Origin: a virus
IMG/VR virus record: IMGVR_UViG_3300021963_000094
Location: 10,467 to 74,466 of that record
Direction: 5' to 3' (one strand)
DNA: 64,000 nt
Shown one piece after another: positions 29,501 to 40,156 of this stretch. The notes beneath the pieces were generated by a model. It ran no database searches. It had not been told where the DNA came from and saw only the letters and a list, made by a program, of their open reading frames with translations. The first letter of the stretch is position 1; the number at the start of each line of letters is the position of its first letter. The translations under genes and the position numbers were made by a program.

Positions 29501-30120
29501 AAACTTTCAAACAGTTGGTTAAGCCAGCTCAGCCTTCACCAGGATCAAAGGGATTTGTTTATCCTGAATTTAGACATGCTGCGGGATTTGAAGCTGCAAT
29601 AACTGATGTTACACCACAGTATCCTTCAAATCAGACTAAGCCTTATCAACAGCTAGGATACAATTTGATTGCAAGTAACATTTATGGTGTAGGGGGAGAT
29701 AACCACTCTTATCCAGAAAAATTAGGATTTTCAACTAACGACGAATATCTAATAGGAAAATATTCATGTGGATCTTATTTATTTATGGCTCCTTCAAGCC
29801 ACGCTCCTATACAGGTTGAGGGATCAACTTCGCTAGCAACAAAGGTTCTTTCCCCAGGAGCACAAAATGCAATAGTTATACCAGTTTTATTCCAAATGAG
29901 ATGTCAGGATAAGCTAGGATATATTGGAGGATTTAGAACCAGCGGAACGATCAGAAACATTACCTATACCAAAAAGATAGGGATAGATATAAAGGTAAGT
30001 AATGAAGAGATATTCTCTTTTGACTTATCAGTTTCAGGAAGCTATACTAAATCTGCTTTAGCTTCTCCTACTTATTCAAGTTTCAAGGATACGTTAGGAG
30101 TTAAGAGATTTAACAACTAA
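26560..30120 (+). CDS. Large hypothetical virion structural protein
   Basis: 1186-aa ORF, tightly coupled to its neighbours, with internal coiled coils and beta-rich regions. Confidence 0.55.
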   Translation: MAGTKNSISSLLAQFLRLQKNSLEIINKLSNATTSKQDTVNVEFLDDNNVTSIIPIPSWGYIINEIKRLDSNIKTLSGLDDGNANVRNADGTVSRIYQTKPLLDPVAPSNLQVPSNFKFRSNHFFESFLNPLLFVSFSLDGQVDPGTKRVFVKRIIANTISDSQRNYFDTNLKGRNDISDSDFMNSLYGQGITYTVDENPEDLPLQVIRYSGTFSVLRVFDTTIPVTVGGQIINQTVRKYKLDLITYKDLISSSLNADRQLKTGDVLMTSGGSKFEITNVDLSESTVVLKRLNGYEPVPIGTNALVLASEILSPLQVNVNIGHDERQAVFIKSINDEKHVTGSAYSRGVVFHSNEMLINTSEGTMTLDEFYKNQVADFGAQFLANTKEKAIPSVYGLTPNSPTVDSANFKVVQINKQITQTNTSDKFSNTVQTKVKLQNEIDALNKSIDQARSEVAQLVTTSVTSANTSSRESLITKIDSLTREKSTKTALLQTVIQDLNNITSTSPEISETPKYRVRGFWPIPAPITDGKTGNQDVIQFRVRYRYLTKQGNATASDEIKFKDNDGTERRATYSNWVEFKTDIRKKGYNTTTKKYYWLDEDVQNADVPNINQLDIPITAGEKVEIKVASVSEAGWPTNPLESDFSSPITIGFPEELTTASGNEQYVKQNSNDQILVSLQQDLSARGLDSHLSTAFNSGDKYYAHVADTISSGFFDGTTGKSLDLYQKLLSMDQEIASLKALIAVAKGVLSVYVTYGAGANATSISVKRGSLVELFAGYYSELLDLTTDNTKWGKIISTLYTIELRNETASPLELSSTIPGGQNIIALSSGATGDGSADYKNFRKYDLTPISLTGVKSSDITVGLRDVSSFVHAAPFQSANSNSQFVYTRYKSVGYDEDLFFQPITSTSWNENTGVAGQPVDYGTLIPFNPTGTNTPGSTNASVWSGTYSAGAPVGSGRLNEFCVHISHPTVVYEATQGTPKTFKQLVKPAQPSPGSKGFVYPEFRHAAGFEAAITDVTPQYPSNQTKPYQQLGYNLIASNIYGVGGDNHSYPEKLGFSTNDEYLIGKYSCGSYLFMAPSSHAPIQVEGSTSLATKVLSPGAQNAIVIPVLFQMRCQDKLGYIGGFRTSGTIRNITYTKKIGIDIKVSNEEIFSFDLSVSGSYTKSALASPTYSSFKDTLGVKRFNN

Positions 30121-30135
30121 AAAGTATAACTAAGA

Positions 30136-33100
30136 ATGGCAGAGAAAAAAGACAAGTATAAATCTTCCTTCGGTATTATAAGAGCTAATCCCAGAATTTC
30201 TGGTAACCTTAAGATCAGCGTAGATTCAACCGAAAACATCTGGTTAAATTCCATTGATTCCAATGATGAGATGTCTAGGAATCAATACAAGGGATATAGA
30301 ATATCCCCAGACGGAGATTTTGCAAATGATGTATATTCTTTTTTCAATGGCGGGAAAACCCCTACCAATTTTATCTTTGGGATTAAGGGTGAAGAGACTA
30401 TCAAAGAAAATTTTGTTTCTGCCCTGGGGGATCAGTACGATGGATTTTATCATGCTGGTGTATCCCCCCTGGTTTCAACCGTTCATGATGAAAGCTTTTC
30501 CTACCTAGCACCGATTTGGTTGGGTAAGGATATACCGAAATATTTTATTATATTTAGAATAGATGATCCGATAGATTTTTCTTATGTTGTGAAGGTTACC
30601 CAACTTGAGATTGGGAAAACCTATAAAGTTTTAGAAGATTATGGTCTTGATACAACGGCTTTAACCTATCAACAGTATAAGATTAAAACAGACGGTGTTG
30701 AGTATTCTGCAGGAAGCATATTTAGTGCAACAACAACGTCATTTACCGCTGTTGCTGGATCGGGTAGTGTAGTTCTTTTGGATGCTAATTATAATGTACA
30801 AAACGTTGGAGATATCCAAAAACATTTCATTGAAAACATTCTTCCTAAATCATCGATAGTTTCTACATTTTCACTTCAGAAAGAAAGTAAAATTGGAAGA
30901 TACATTAGAAATATTCAAAATAATTCTGGGTATTCTAAATCACTGATAGATGTTAGATTCGAAAAAAATTCTCTCAGCACCTATAACGGTGTTTCAGTTT
31001 CTGATGGGGTTTATTGCAAAAAGGGTGAATACCTGGATTCTCTTTTTACTACCGATTCTACTATGATAGAATTCGATCAGATAATCACTGATGGATTCAA
31101 GAGAAATGGAGTTGTTTCGTATAATCTTTTAAATCTTGAATTTTTATTTGACGATAAGGATGCTGATCTTTATACCATCAACAGGTATTATGGATTATAT
31201 GTTGATGATATACCTACTGGTAAATTTCAATTGTCTGGAGATTTATTTTATAACAAATCAACTGAGAAAGGAAATTTTCCAGAACCTAAATCGTCATTAC
31301 AGATTTCCAAACAAATGCTCAATCCATTCAATCAAAATAATGATAATGGATTAAGACTTTTTGTAGATAGTGATTCTAAATGGGGTTATATACCTTCATC
31401 AGAAAATATACATATAGATGATAGACTTAAATATTTTTACGTAAAAGACAAATACAATAAGTTCCATTCATATAAGCAGGTTAAGAATTACAGTACTGGT
31501 GTTTTAAGCTCTGATACATGGGGAGATGATACAGATCAGAATGATCTAATAATTTTAAAAGATAGAAAATTAGATCTTTCGATATTCGGAGGAATAGACA
31601 AGACTAAAACAAAAGAGTATAAAGGGATTCTTGCAAAGACTGGGGGAAGATCCTACGGCGTTATAAAAATAACAGGAGAATTACTTCCAAACGATGCTAT
31701 AGTTTTATATCACCCGTTTGGTGAGAATAAGATAGGTAATAAAAGATATGATTATTTTGTTGCATCCGAATTAACCTACGTTATAAGCGGGTGGGGTCCA
31801 GGAAGTCATATAGACGATAGCGGTGCTTATTATTTCCATCCATTTGGTACAAACGAAGAAATAGCTAAAGCAATTGCTGCAGCTATTAATAGTGTTAATT
31901 ACAAATCTTACAAGGCATTTAATATAGGTGATGAAGTGGTTATTAGATCAGAAGGAAGCGATCATAGAAATAACGATATATTTTCTCTTTTTGTTTATAA
32001 GGATTTTTACAACAAAGAAAAATTCAGCACCAGAGAAAAAATCTATTTCAATGGAATAGACGGGGCAGATTTGACCAACTACTTAAATTTCATTGGTGGA
32101 TCTGAACATAAAAATACCAGAGTTAAAATCAAGGCCGAGGATGCTAATAAATTATCGCCTGAAAAAAGTTATATCCGAACAAATTTTGGATTATCAAAAG
32201 TTAGATTTGTTGGTAAATTCATAGACGAGACCGAAGATGAATTATCTTATTACACAATCAAGGATTATACGAGTCATGCAATAGTTGAAATAGAAGACAA
32301 TACCCATACGATATTATTAGGAACTAGTAATACCATTATTGTTGAAGAACTTGTTGAAATAGAAACCGGGATTTTTTCAATGTACGGAGTAAGAGATCTA
32401 GATATTGATTTCTGGTCCAGTACTTACGGAAGGACACCAACAGAAGAGTATTATCGATATATTGATGTACAACCTGACGGTGTATCAACAATTTATCCAG
32501 GAATAGATTATGCATTAGCAGCAGGATCTAGTATAGAATACAACGGAGTAACTTACGGACCTAATTCAAACTTTATATTTAGAGGGGTAACTGGAGCGAC
32601 TGAATATAAACTTTTGAATACTGCTAACGATGCAAGGGTCAATGTGGTTCCAACCATGTATGTGAATGTTCCCTTGAATATCTCCGGTGGTAATAATGAT
32701 CCGCATTCGGATCTTGATAAATTTCCAGGATTTTTAGGATTGCAGGATATTAAATTTCTAGACGATGCTAATTCTATCTACACCAAGAAAGATCAAATGA
32801 ATTTCGGAAAGGTTGAAAGTGAGTACGATGTACTAAAAGAAAACTATCTGAGAAATTTAGTTACTCTATCAAGAATAACTCCTTATGTTACTAAATGGGT
32901 TTATAATGGGGGAATTGATGTTAGAGGTAACGAGTATAGACTTAATTCAAGCCCAGCATTTACACCATTAAATTTTTCACCAAGCTTTTTTGGTCAAACA
33001 AGGGATCCTTTGTATTTCACTAACGAATGGTATCTTTTGGAAAACCCTCCAATTGATTCTCCCGCTAATCTTTTAAAGAACTCGTCTAGTTATTGTGTGG

Positions 33101-35820
33101 GCGGAACAGGGGGAATAAATTTAGACCTAATTAAAAATGCAGATCCTTCTTTGGAGGATTATTTCGTGAATCACTTCACTATAGATGGCGAAGATTTTTA
33201 CAATCTCGATAATGTTAAATTTAGTGATGCAAGAAATAGAAATTCTGATCAGCTTTACACGTATTTCTCCTATGACGGTGCTTCTGGTTTTTCTGATACA
33301 CTATTCAGGGGGGTAAAGGTTAGGATCAAAGAAAGAACCGATGCTTCTTTAGAAACGAAGGAAAGGAATCTTTTCAAATTGAACGATTCTAAATTTGATG
33401 GCTATAAGTTTTCTTGCGTGTTAAAATCAATAGATGACCCGGATCCGTATAAGGTTACTTCACCTTTAACTTTTAGTGTTCACCAGAATGATCAATTTAA
33501 AACTGTAACCCTTGTAATTACAATTGTTAATAATGATTTAAGATTTGTGGATCCTGTTAAATTTAGATCAAGCATATACAACGTAAATGGAGATGCTAAT
33601 AGATTTTTCGAAACAGCTACAGGATCTTGGTTTTATAACCCAACAGGAATATACGGGGGACTTGATTATTTTGGACTATATTCAGTTAGTAACAAATACA
33701 GACATAGTGTTTCATTAGGATCTGGAGGCACTGAATATGCCAGATTAAATAATGGTGGTTATCTTTCCTCTGCCATAGGTAATGTTAAATTGAGCTCAGG
33801 TTTAAATGTAACAAGAAGAGCTACGATAGGATTCTCATCCATTGTTGACGAAACAACCACTGAAGGAACTGGAATAGTGGCGATAGCGGTTAATTCTGAA
33901 TACGACACAGATCTTCGTGAAGAAGTTAAATTCTATTCTCCAACAACCCCTGTTGGAGGAACCGGATCTAGACCAAGCACATTTAAATCGGCCTACACTA
34001 TGTTCTCGCCTAGATCCGATGTTAATGGAGGATATTGGTTTAGAACTCCATGGATCACTGGAGCAGGAAAAAATTATGTCAATTATAACGAGGTTAGTTA
34101 TAATAACGGTGCTGGATATTTCTTCGACTTTACAAGTTTAGGATATCCTTTTACCAACGGATACACTAACGTTCCTATCAGTGCTTCATATAATGCTATT
34201 AAGAACAGAGCGGTTTATCAATTTGCTTCTGGAGAAAACTATTGGGATTCCTTATTAAATAAGATAACATTCCCTGAGATCTATAGGATTTTCACCGAGG
34301 ATAGCAGTTACATCAATTATACAAAATCAACATGGGACGCTGCAACACAGACCACGGTGATAACAGAGAACACATTTGCTTTAGAATTTATTAAACCATC
34401 GTCTTTCGTTCAGAATTTTAGGAAAATTCCTATCGAAGAGGATTATAAGCCAGAATCATATTCAAATACAAATGTTGGATATAAACTTGTAGAAGAAGAG
34501 GCTGTAACGGAATTCTTCAGATATGGAGGTGGATATGTTCCTAAATTCAAAGATATTTTGTTATTCGATAACATAAAGAACGACAGATTATCAGCAGATA
34601 AAAATCCACCAACAGATCAAAATCCAAATGTTTTAGATGTTATTGTTAAGATACAATTAAAAACGTTGACCTCTAAATACTATGGAGTAGGATCGAACTA
34701 TGAGATATTAATAAACGGGACTACTAGAAAAAAACTAAGATTGGTTAAGGGTAATTCTTATAATTTTATATTTGATAATTTCTCCATTCTTTCTTCCAAC
34801 AATTCTGGCCTTAAGAAAAACTTTGTTATGTCCTATGTGGCTGATTCGGGAGAGCCAGCTAATCTTTATACCGATGGGTTTTCATACACTAGTAACACGA
34901 CAGCTTTATTCGTTGTTCCACAGGATGCACCGGATCAATTGTACTATGAGATACAAAGCGAAAATTTCTCTGGAGCCTCTGCTTTAATAACAGAATCTCT
35001 GGAATACAAGAACGTAACATTAGGTGTAAACAAGGATTCATTTGCAAAAGTTAAGAATCTTAGTCTTTACAAATATTCTAAATCCAATCCGTTTGGAATA
35101 GATCCACAATCAGGATTTAAACCCCAGTATCCTTTAATAGGTGAAACACCTATTGACAGAAGGGATATGTTTATATTCGAAAGCACATGGGATGCTGGAA
35201 GATATAGAGAATATTTTGCACCTACAACATATCAGTATGTTCCTGGAGTAAAAAATATGCTAGAGCAAAAATCGTTTTTCGGAAGCAAGGTGATGCAAAC
35301 ACCTAATCTAATAAAACAACCTATGCAATTAAAGTATCCGTCAGCCTTATCGGATGTTTTCAATGTTAATCAAGATCTTTATCCTAAATATGAAATTTTA
35401 TGGGAAGAAACTGATACTGAGATAAAGGCATTACTATTAGTGGACAGAACAGCGGTTAAACATTTCCAGAACGGAGGAATAGATAAGAAATTTTCAGAAT
35501 TGCTTGTTTCTGAATTCGGTGTGGGAAATGAGACGATTTTAACTGATGATGCCGATGAATATGTGAAAAACAACATTTTACCTCAATACGAGGCGAAAGA
35601 GATTTTAGTTTTTGTGAAAAAAATAAAAGTAACGCAGGGAGTGGATCTTCAACCGATAATAACAGATTTATCTGATTATCAAAAGATATCCACTGGATTT
35701 ATCAAATCTGCTAATAATGACATTAAAAAAAGAGGTTCTCTTGCATATGAATATAAATTACAAAAGGATCCTTCCTTCGATTACTCGGTGGCATTCTCTT
35801 TTGTGATTGGAAAAATATAA
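30136..35820 (+). CDS. Giant hypothetical virion structural protein
   Basis: 1894-aa ORF with a cupredoxin-like segment (LRLVKGNSYNF...FVVPQDAPDQLYY). Confidence 0.55.
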   Translation: MAEKKDKYKSSFGIIRANPRISGNLKISVDSTENIWLNSIDSNDEMSRNQYKGYRISPDGDFANDVYSFFNGGKTPTNFIFGIKGEETIKENFVSALGDQYDGFYHAGVSPLVSTVHDESFSYLAPIWLGKDIPKYFIIFRIDDPIDFSYVVKVTQLEIGKTYKVLEDYGLDTTALTYQQYKIKTDGVEYSAGSIFSATTTSFTAVAGSGSVVLLDANYNVQNVGDIQKHFIENILPKSSIVSTFSLQKESKIGRYIRNIQNNSGYSKSLIDVRFEKNSLSTYNGVSVSDGVYCKKGEYLDSLFTTDSTMIEFDQIITDGFKRNGVVSYNLLNLEFLFDDKDADLYTINRYYGLYVDDIPTGKFQLSGDLFYNKSTEKGNFPEPKSSLQISKQMLNPFNQNNDNGLRLFVDSDSKWGYIPSSENIHIDDRLKYFYVKDKYNKFHSYKQVKNYSTGVLSSDTWGDDTDQNDLIILKDRKLDLSIFGGIDKTKTKEYKGILAKTGGRSYGVIKITGELLPNDAIVLYHPFGENKIGNKRYDYFVASELTYVISGWGPGSHIDDSGAYYFHPFGTNEEIAKAIAAAINSVNYKSYKAFNIGDEVVIRSEGSDHRNNDIFSLFVYKDFYNKEKFSTREKIYFNGIDGADLTNYLNFIGGSEHKNTRVKIKAEDANKLSPEKSYIRTNFGLSKVRFVGKFIDETEDELSYYTIKDYTSHAIVEIEDNTHTILLGTSNTIIVEELVEIETGIFSMYGVRDLDIDFWSSTYGRTPTEEYYRYIDVQPDGVSTIYPGIDYALAAGSSIEYNGVTYGPNSNFIFRGVTGATEYKLLNTANDARVNVVPTMYVNVPLNISGGNNDPHSDLDKFPGFLGLQDIKFLDDANSIYTKKDQMNFGKVESEYDVLKENYLRNLVTLSRITPYVTKWVYNGGIDVRGNEYRLNSSPAFTPLNFSPSFFGQTRDPLYFTNEWYLLENPPIDSPANLLKNSSSYCVGGTGGINLDLIKNADPSLEDYFVNHFTIDGEDFYNLDNVKFSDARNRNSDQLYTYFSYDGASGFSDTLFRGVKVRIKERTDASLETKERNLFKLNDSKFDGYKFSCVLKSIDDPDPYKVTSPLTFSVHQNDQFKTVTLVITIVNNDLRFVDPVKFRSSIYNVNGDANRFFETATGSWFYNPTGIYGGLDYFGLYSVSNKYRHSVSLGSGGTEYARLNNGGYLSSAIGNVKLSSGLNVTRRATIGFSSIVDETTTEGTGIVAIAVNSEYDTDLREEVKFYSPTTPVGGTGSRPSTFKSAYTMFSPRSDVNGGYWFRTPWITGAGKNYVNYNEVSYNNGAGYFFDFTSLGYPFTNGYTNVPISASYNAIKNRAVYQFASGENYWDSLLNKITFPEIYRIFTEDSSYINYTKSTWDAATQTTVITENTFALEFIKPSSFVQNFRKIPIEEDYKPESYSNTNVGYKLVEEEAVTEFFRYGGGYVPKFKDILLFDNIKNDRLSADKNPPTDQNPNVLDVIVKIQLKTLTSKYYGVGSNYEILINGTTRKKLRLVKGNSYNFIFDNFSILSSNNSGLKKNFVMSYVADSGEPANLYTDGFSYTSNTTALFVVPQDAPDQLYYEIQSENFSGASALITESLEYKNVTLGVNKDSFAKVKNLSLYKYSKSNPFGIDPQSGFKPQYPLIGETPIDRRDMFIFESTWDAGRYREYFAPTTYQYVPGVKNMLEQKSFFGSKVMQTPNLIKQPMQLKYPSALSDVFNVNQDLYPKYEILWEETDTEIKALLLVDRTAVKHFQNGGIDKKFSELLVSEFGVGNETILTDDADEYVKNNILPQYEAKEILVFVKKIKVTQGVDLQPIITDLSDYQKISTGFIKSANNDIKKRGSLAYEYKLQKDPSFDYSVAFSFVIGKI

Positions 35821-35824
35821 GGGA

Positions 35825-35835
35825 GATATATATAA
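35825..35835 (+). promoter_or_regulatory. Putative late promoter motif (GATATATATAA)
   Basis: Recurrent motif upstream of the fibre gene at 35852. Confidence 0.65.
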
Positions 35836-35851
35836 AAAGTAATACTTAGAG

Positions 35852-38119
35852 ATGCCGAAAATAAACATATTAAATATTCTTGCAGGGGATCAACAGGCAA
35901 TACTTGTAGACAAGGTAAACTACAACTTTGATCAAATTTTAACTGCAGGTGGTGGACCACAAGGCCCTCAAGGCATCAGAGGTGCTACTGGACCTATAGG
36001 ACCTCAAGGAATACAGGGACCAACCGGCCCACAGGGACTAAAAGGAGCTAGATGGTACGTTCAGGTAACAGCACCTGATTCCGAGAATATTTTTCACACC
36101 CCATGGGGAGAACCAGAATTAGGCGATTATTGGTTAGCTGGTGCTGACAATGATAATCCCTATGGAATTTATGTTTATAATGAAACTAGCCCAGGAACTT
36201 TAAGCTGGGAATATTCTGGTGTATTCTTTGCTAATACCTCAGCATTTACTCCGGTTGACGACATAAACCAAACGGACGAGAGAGCATTAATACATGACAC
36301 ATTGTTCAGTAATAGATATTCTCTAGTTTTAAGTGATTATGGAGTTACTGGATCCGAAACAGATTTTAAATACAGAGAGACCAATAAATTTGGTATTAAC
36401 GGTGAAAGGTCCAAGCTTAAGATAGCTACAGATTTCAATTCCCCATTCTTATCTCTATTATCATTTGGTAGAGCTAATTTGGATGATGGTAACAGATCCA
36501 ATACATCCTATAGCTTAAATAGAAATCCTAGATTTAGATGGAAGAATCTAACAGGAAGCGATCATCATATAGAATTCTTTTCTCCGGTCGGTGATTACCA
36601 TGTAACAACCCCTAAGTTTGTTATCGGGGGTGCAACTGCTGCTTTTTCTATCACAGGTTATAATACAACTGGAGATATAGCTCAGCTTAGAACAAATGGA
36701 GGTACATATTTCTTTGGATTTGATAAAGATGGATATGCCACTAAAGGTATGCCTTATAATCCAACAATAAGTGCAGGTATCCTTTCTTCCAGTCCTAATA
36801 ATTTGGATTATTATGAAGAGGGTGATATGAGATCATTCCTCCAATTAAAAACATACTGTAATACATCAGAATGGAGTGGAGCACCAGATTCTACGTATAA
36901 AAACGTGAAAGCCAGATATACCAGAATAGGTAATTTAGTTCATGTTGATTTTACAATTAAAATAGATGGACTTTCTGCTACTGTTCCTCAGTATAACGAT
37001 TTCGGGGGTGTACTATTCATTAAAGGATTTCCTTATGATCCGGACTTTACGTTAAGATCTGGTGAAAGTGCTAATGCAACATCATCTGATATACCTAGAC
37101 CTTCGATGCCAGCGATACCACTCAAGGCATCTATAGGAGATTCAACCCTGGTTGATCTCTCTGGTGCATTTTTTAACTATACAACAAGTACTAGTGAAAC
37201 TGAAACAAGATTGGTTCTTTATAAAAATAATGGGTCTTTATTTAACGTTAGCAATCTAACAACTGCTACTTCATATTTATATGGTAGTTTTAGTTACAGC
37301 ACACAAAGCCCAACTAGAATCAGTAGCATAGTTACCCCAAGTGGATATTGTACAGGACTTTTACCAGTACCAACTCCAGCACCAACGCCAGCGCCAACAC
37401 CGGCTCCGACACCGGCTCCAACGCCAGCGCCAACACCGGCGCCTGATTATAGTTTCGAATGGGAATATGCTAATTATGTTGCAGGACCAACACCAGCACC
37501 AACACCAGCACCGACGCCAGCACCAACGCCAGCACCAACGCCAGCGCCTCCTGGCCCAACGCCAGCGCCTACACCGGCTCCGACGCCAGCACCAACGCCA
37601 GCACCAACGCCAGCGCCAACGCCAGCACCGACGCCAGCACCAACACCAGCACCGACGCCAGCACCAACACCTGCTCCTGCAGCATGTAACATAAGCGATC
37701 CAAGCTATGTGACTGTGAGTACACCTAGTACATACGGATCAATTTACGTGTCAACTGGTAGAAATATAAGATTGAGTGTCTTTGGAGGAGCTACGTACGG
37801 AGGTAATAATAGAGGCTTCCTTACTGTAACAGGGGTAAGCGGAACACCTACACCTAGTCCAAATGCTATAAGTGTTTATGCAGCAAACTTTGCTAATGCA
37901 TCGGATAATCTTGGATTACCTGCTGGTTATTACAGTTTCTATCTGTACATGACACCACAAGGATCTTCTGGACATAATGCTGGTATATCTTGCGGTGATG
38001 TTATAACATATACACCAACACCTAGCCCAACACCTAGCCCAACCCCTAGTCCAACACCTAGTCCTGGCGGAGGCGGCGGAGGCGGAGGCGGCGGAGGTAG
38101 CATCCCGCAGTTTGAGTAA
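35852..38119 (+). CDS. Tail-fibre-like protein with short collagen segment and PTPA/PTPS repeats
   Basis: N-terminal D....VDKVNYNF motif, GPQGPQG collagen, the fibre-type motif LDYYEEG...[10 protein letters not shown], and PTPA arrays. Confidence 0.75.
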   Translation: MPKINILNILAGDQQAILVDKVNYNFDQILTAGGGPQGPQGIRGATGPIGPQGIQGPTGPQGLKGARWYVQVTAPDSENIFHTPWGEPELGDYWLAGADNDNPYGIYVYNETSPGTLSWEYSGVFFANTSAFTPVDDINQTDERALIHDTLFSNRYSLVLSDYGVTGSETDFKYRETNKFGINGERSKLKIATDFNSPFLSLLSFGRANLDDGNRSNTSYSLNRNPRFRWKNLTGSDHHIEFFSPVGDYHVTTPKFVIGGATAAFSITGYNTTGDIAQLRTNGGTYFFGFDKDGYATKGMPYNPTISAGILSSSPNNLDYYEEGDMRSFLQLKTYCNTSEWSGAPDSTYKNVKARYTRIGNLVHVDFTIKIDGLSATVPQYNDFGGVLFIKGFPYDPDFTLRSGESANATSSDIPRPSMPAIPLKASIGDSTLVDLSGAFFNYTTSTSETETRLVLYKNNGSLFNVSNLTTATSYLYGSFSYSTQSPTRISSIVTPSGYCTGLLPVPTPAPTPAPTPAPTPAPTPAPTPAPDYSFEWEYANYVAGPTPAPTPAPTPAPTPAPTPAPPGPTPAPTPAPTPAPTPAPTPAPTPAPTPAPTPAPTPAPTPAPAACNISDPSYVTVSTPSTYGSIYVSTGRNIRLSVFGGATYGGNNRGFLTVTGVSGTPTPSPNAISVYAANFANASDNLGLPAGYYSFYLYMTPQGSSGHNAGISCGDVITYTPTPSPTPSPTPSPTPSPGGGGGGGGGGGSIPQFE
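37367..37683 (+). repeat. 12-bp-unit tandem repeats encoding (PTPA)n
   Basis: CCAAC(G/A)CC(A/G)GC(A/G/T) units in two blocks separated by [14 protein letters not shown]. Confidence 0.95.
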
Positions 38120-38126
38120 ATAATAA

Positions 38127-38771
38127 ATGGATCCAATTATGAATAGAGAGGTAAAACCGGGAGAAAATTTTCTATACCAAAGAGGGGTAGTTTCAACTAC
38201 CTTTCCTTGGGATAGACCATCATACACATCGGTAAAGAATTATTTAGAATATCTAAAAACCGAATCTACTGTGTTTGACGAATTTGAAATTTATCTGGCA
38301 GGTGGAATATTATATGATTTCAATAATACATGGGACGTAGACATATTTCTGGTTGGGGGATCTCAGACCGATGCAAGAATAGAGGAGCAACTTAATTTCA
38401 TGACCGACGTTGCTTTAAATAAATTTTTCCTGCTTGTTGATGTTTCCTGGTATGAAAGAAAAACCTCAGATTATGAGTACAGCACAATGGAGGCTAATAA
38501 CTTTCTTTCTGAGGATATCACCTATAAAAAGATAGGACATTTTAAAAAGGAAATGGGGGGTGAGGCAATCGAATATGATATGAGAATCATCCCGGATATA
38601 GAAACTATAGGTGATTATTTGGTAAAGGGGAGTTTTAATGGATTTAGGCACAAAGATAAAATGATAAATAAGGTTAAAGATCATCCAAATCAATCTGTAA
38701 TAACAACATTTAGTGCAGAGGAATTTCTATTGAGTGACGAGGATCATTTTTTGAATAATACTAATAGATAA
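38127..38771 (+). CDS. Pol-beta superfamily nucleotidyltransferase-like protein
   Basis: [20 protein letters not shown] fits the hG[GS]...DxD nucleotidyltransferase motif. Confidence 0.6.
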   Translation: MDPIMNREVKPGENFLYQRGVVSTTFPWDRPSYTSVKNYLEYLKTESTVFDEFEIYLAGGILYDFNNTWDVDIFLVGGSQTDARIEEQLNFMTDVALNKFFLLVDVSWYERKTSDYEYSTMEANNFLSEDITYKKIGHFKKEMGGEAIEYDMRIIPDIETIGDYLVKGSFNGFRHKDKMINKVKDHPNQSVITTFSAEEFLLSDEDHFLNNTNR

Positions 38772-38776
38772 ACAAA

Positions 38777-39853
38777 ATGCCGTTCAACGTAAATATAAAA
38801 TTTTCATCTGCCGGGAACATCACGAGTCAATCGTACGAGATATCCGCAAGCTCATCAGAGAATGGGAGTTATAGTACAACTGGGGTTCAACCTAGTACTA
38901 TAGCAAGAGCAGATCTTCTTGGAGGAACTTATATTCAGGTTCCTGATGGTTCTACATGGATCAAAGGTGATAATGTTACTCAGGGAGCACCAGCTGGTAC
39001 AAAAAAAATAGCAATAGCAAATATTCCATCAGCACCAACGCCAGCACCAACGCCAGCACCAACACCTGAGCCAACACCGGCTCCTCCTGGACCAACGCCA
39101 GAGCCAACGCCAGCGCCAACACCGGCTCCAACACCAGCGCCTACACCGGCTCCGACACCAGCACCAACGCCAGAGCCAACGCCAGCGCCAACACCGGCTC
39201 CAACACCAGCGCCTACACCGGCTCCGACACCAGCACCAACGCCAGCGCCTACACCAGCACCGACGCCAGCACCAACACCACTTGGTAGCATACTTCTTCT
39301 TGATGGTAGCCTTGGGTATTACACTGCAGACATATTAGATAGCGGACAAGACTATTACAGCGGAGGAGGATTCTGCTACATTTCACAAGGTTCCTATTAT
39401 AATGCAGGGGATGTTACCGGAAAAACACAAATATTCGGAACTGCTTGTAATTCTTCTGGTGGACAATGTAATGACTGTACTGGGGTATCACCATCACCAA
39501 CGCCAGCACCAACACCTGCTCCGACGCCAGCACCAACTCCAGCACCTCTTTCGATAATATTCAGATCTCTGGGATTAAGTGCATTTAATAGCCACTGTGG
39601 AGAAAACTATTTAATTAGTGCCGATTTATGGGTGATTACAACATCGATACCTAGCTTATATTATACAACAGTTTATAGTGATGGAAGTTATACTCCTTTC
39701 AATGGATCTGATCTATGGTATGCAGTTTCGAATGGCGATCCAGCAAACACAGAGACCGCTCCTTACCAGGTTATTCAGATTGATTCGTCTGGTGTTGTTA
39801 CGAGCGTTCAAACAGTTACATCATGCGGTGGCGGTGGAGGAGCTATAAATTAA
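38777..39853 (+). CDS. PTPA-repeat virion surface/fibre-associated protein
   Basis: Small beta/Cys-containing domains separated by long PTPA/PTPE linkers. Confidence 0.7.
   Translation: MPFNVNIKFSSAGNITSQSYEISASSSENGSYSTTGVQPSTIARADLLGGTYIQVPDGSTWIKGDNVTQGAPAGTKKIAIANIPSAPTPAPTPAPTPEPTPAPPGPTPEPTPAPTPAPTPAPTPAPTPAPTPEPTPAPTPAPTPAPTPAPTPAPTPAPTPAPTPAPTPLGSILLLDGSLGYYTADILDSGQDYYSGGGFCYISQGSYYNAGDVTGKTQIFGTACNSSGGQCNDCTGVSPSPTPAPTPAPTPAPTPAPLSIIFRSLGLSAFNSHCGENYLISADLWVITTSIPSLYYTTVYSDGSYTPFNGSDLWYAVSNGDPANTETAPYQVIQIDSSGVVTSVQTVTSCGGGGGAIN
39028..39280 (+). repeat. 12-bp-unit tandem repeats encoding (PTPA/PTPE)n
   Basis: About 20 units, with a second short block at ~39490-39547. Confidence 0.95.
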
Positions 39854-39871
39854 TCCCAAATTTAAATATTT

Positions 39872-40156
39872 ATGAGATTATCAGAAATAGAAATAAACCA
39901 GATAGGATCGATAATGAATAATTATCGATCCATTCATGAAAGCCTAAACTTCTATGAAAAGAATCTAGGCCTAATGGAGAATGGTACAATAAAAAAATCT
40001 AAGGAAGAAATATCTTCACTTGGTTTAAAAATAAAAGAGAGTATATCAAAATTACAACAGGAGCGAGCTAAGGAAAAAGATTTCTTTGGTTTTCTTGAAC
40101 AGAAATACGGTCCTGGACAATTTGATGTGGAAACTTTTGAATATAAAACAAAGTAA
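39872..40156 (+). CDS. Small hypothetical coiled-coil protein
   Basis: 94-aa ORF ending LEQKYGPGQFDVETFEY; TAATG coupling to the next gene. Confidence 0.7.
   Translation: MRLSEIEINQIGSIMNNYRSIHESLNFYEKNLGLMENGTIKKSKEEISSLGLKIKESISKLQQERAKEKDFFGFLEQKYGPGQFDVETFEYKTK

Noticed and set aside
37341-39291. GAGV-repeat minus-strand ORFs and the QH/QR-rich ORF
   Set aside because: They are antisense or alternative-frame readings of the PTPA arrays.
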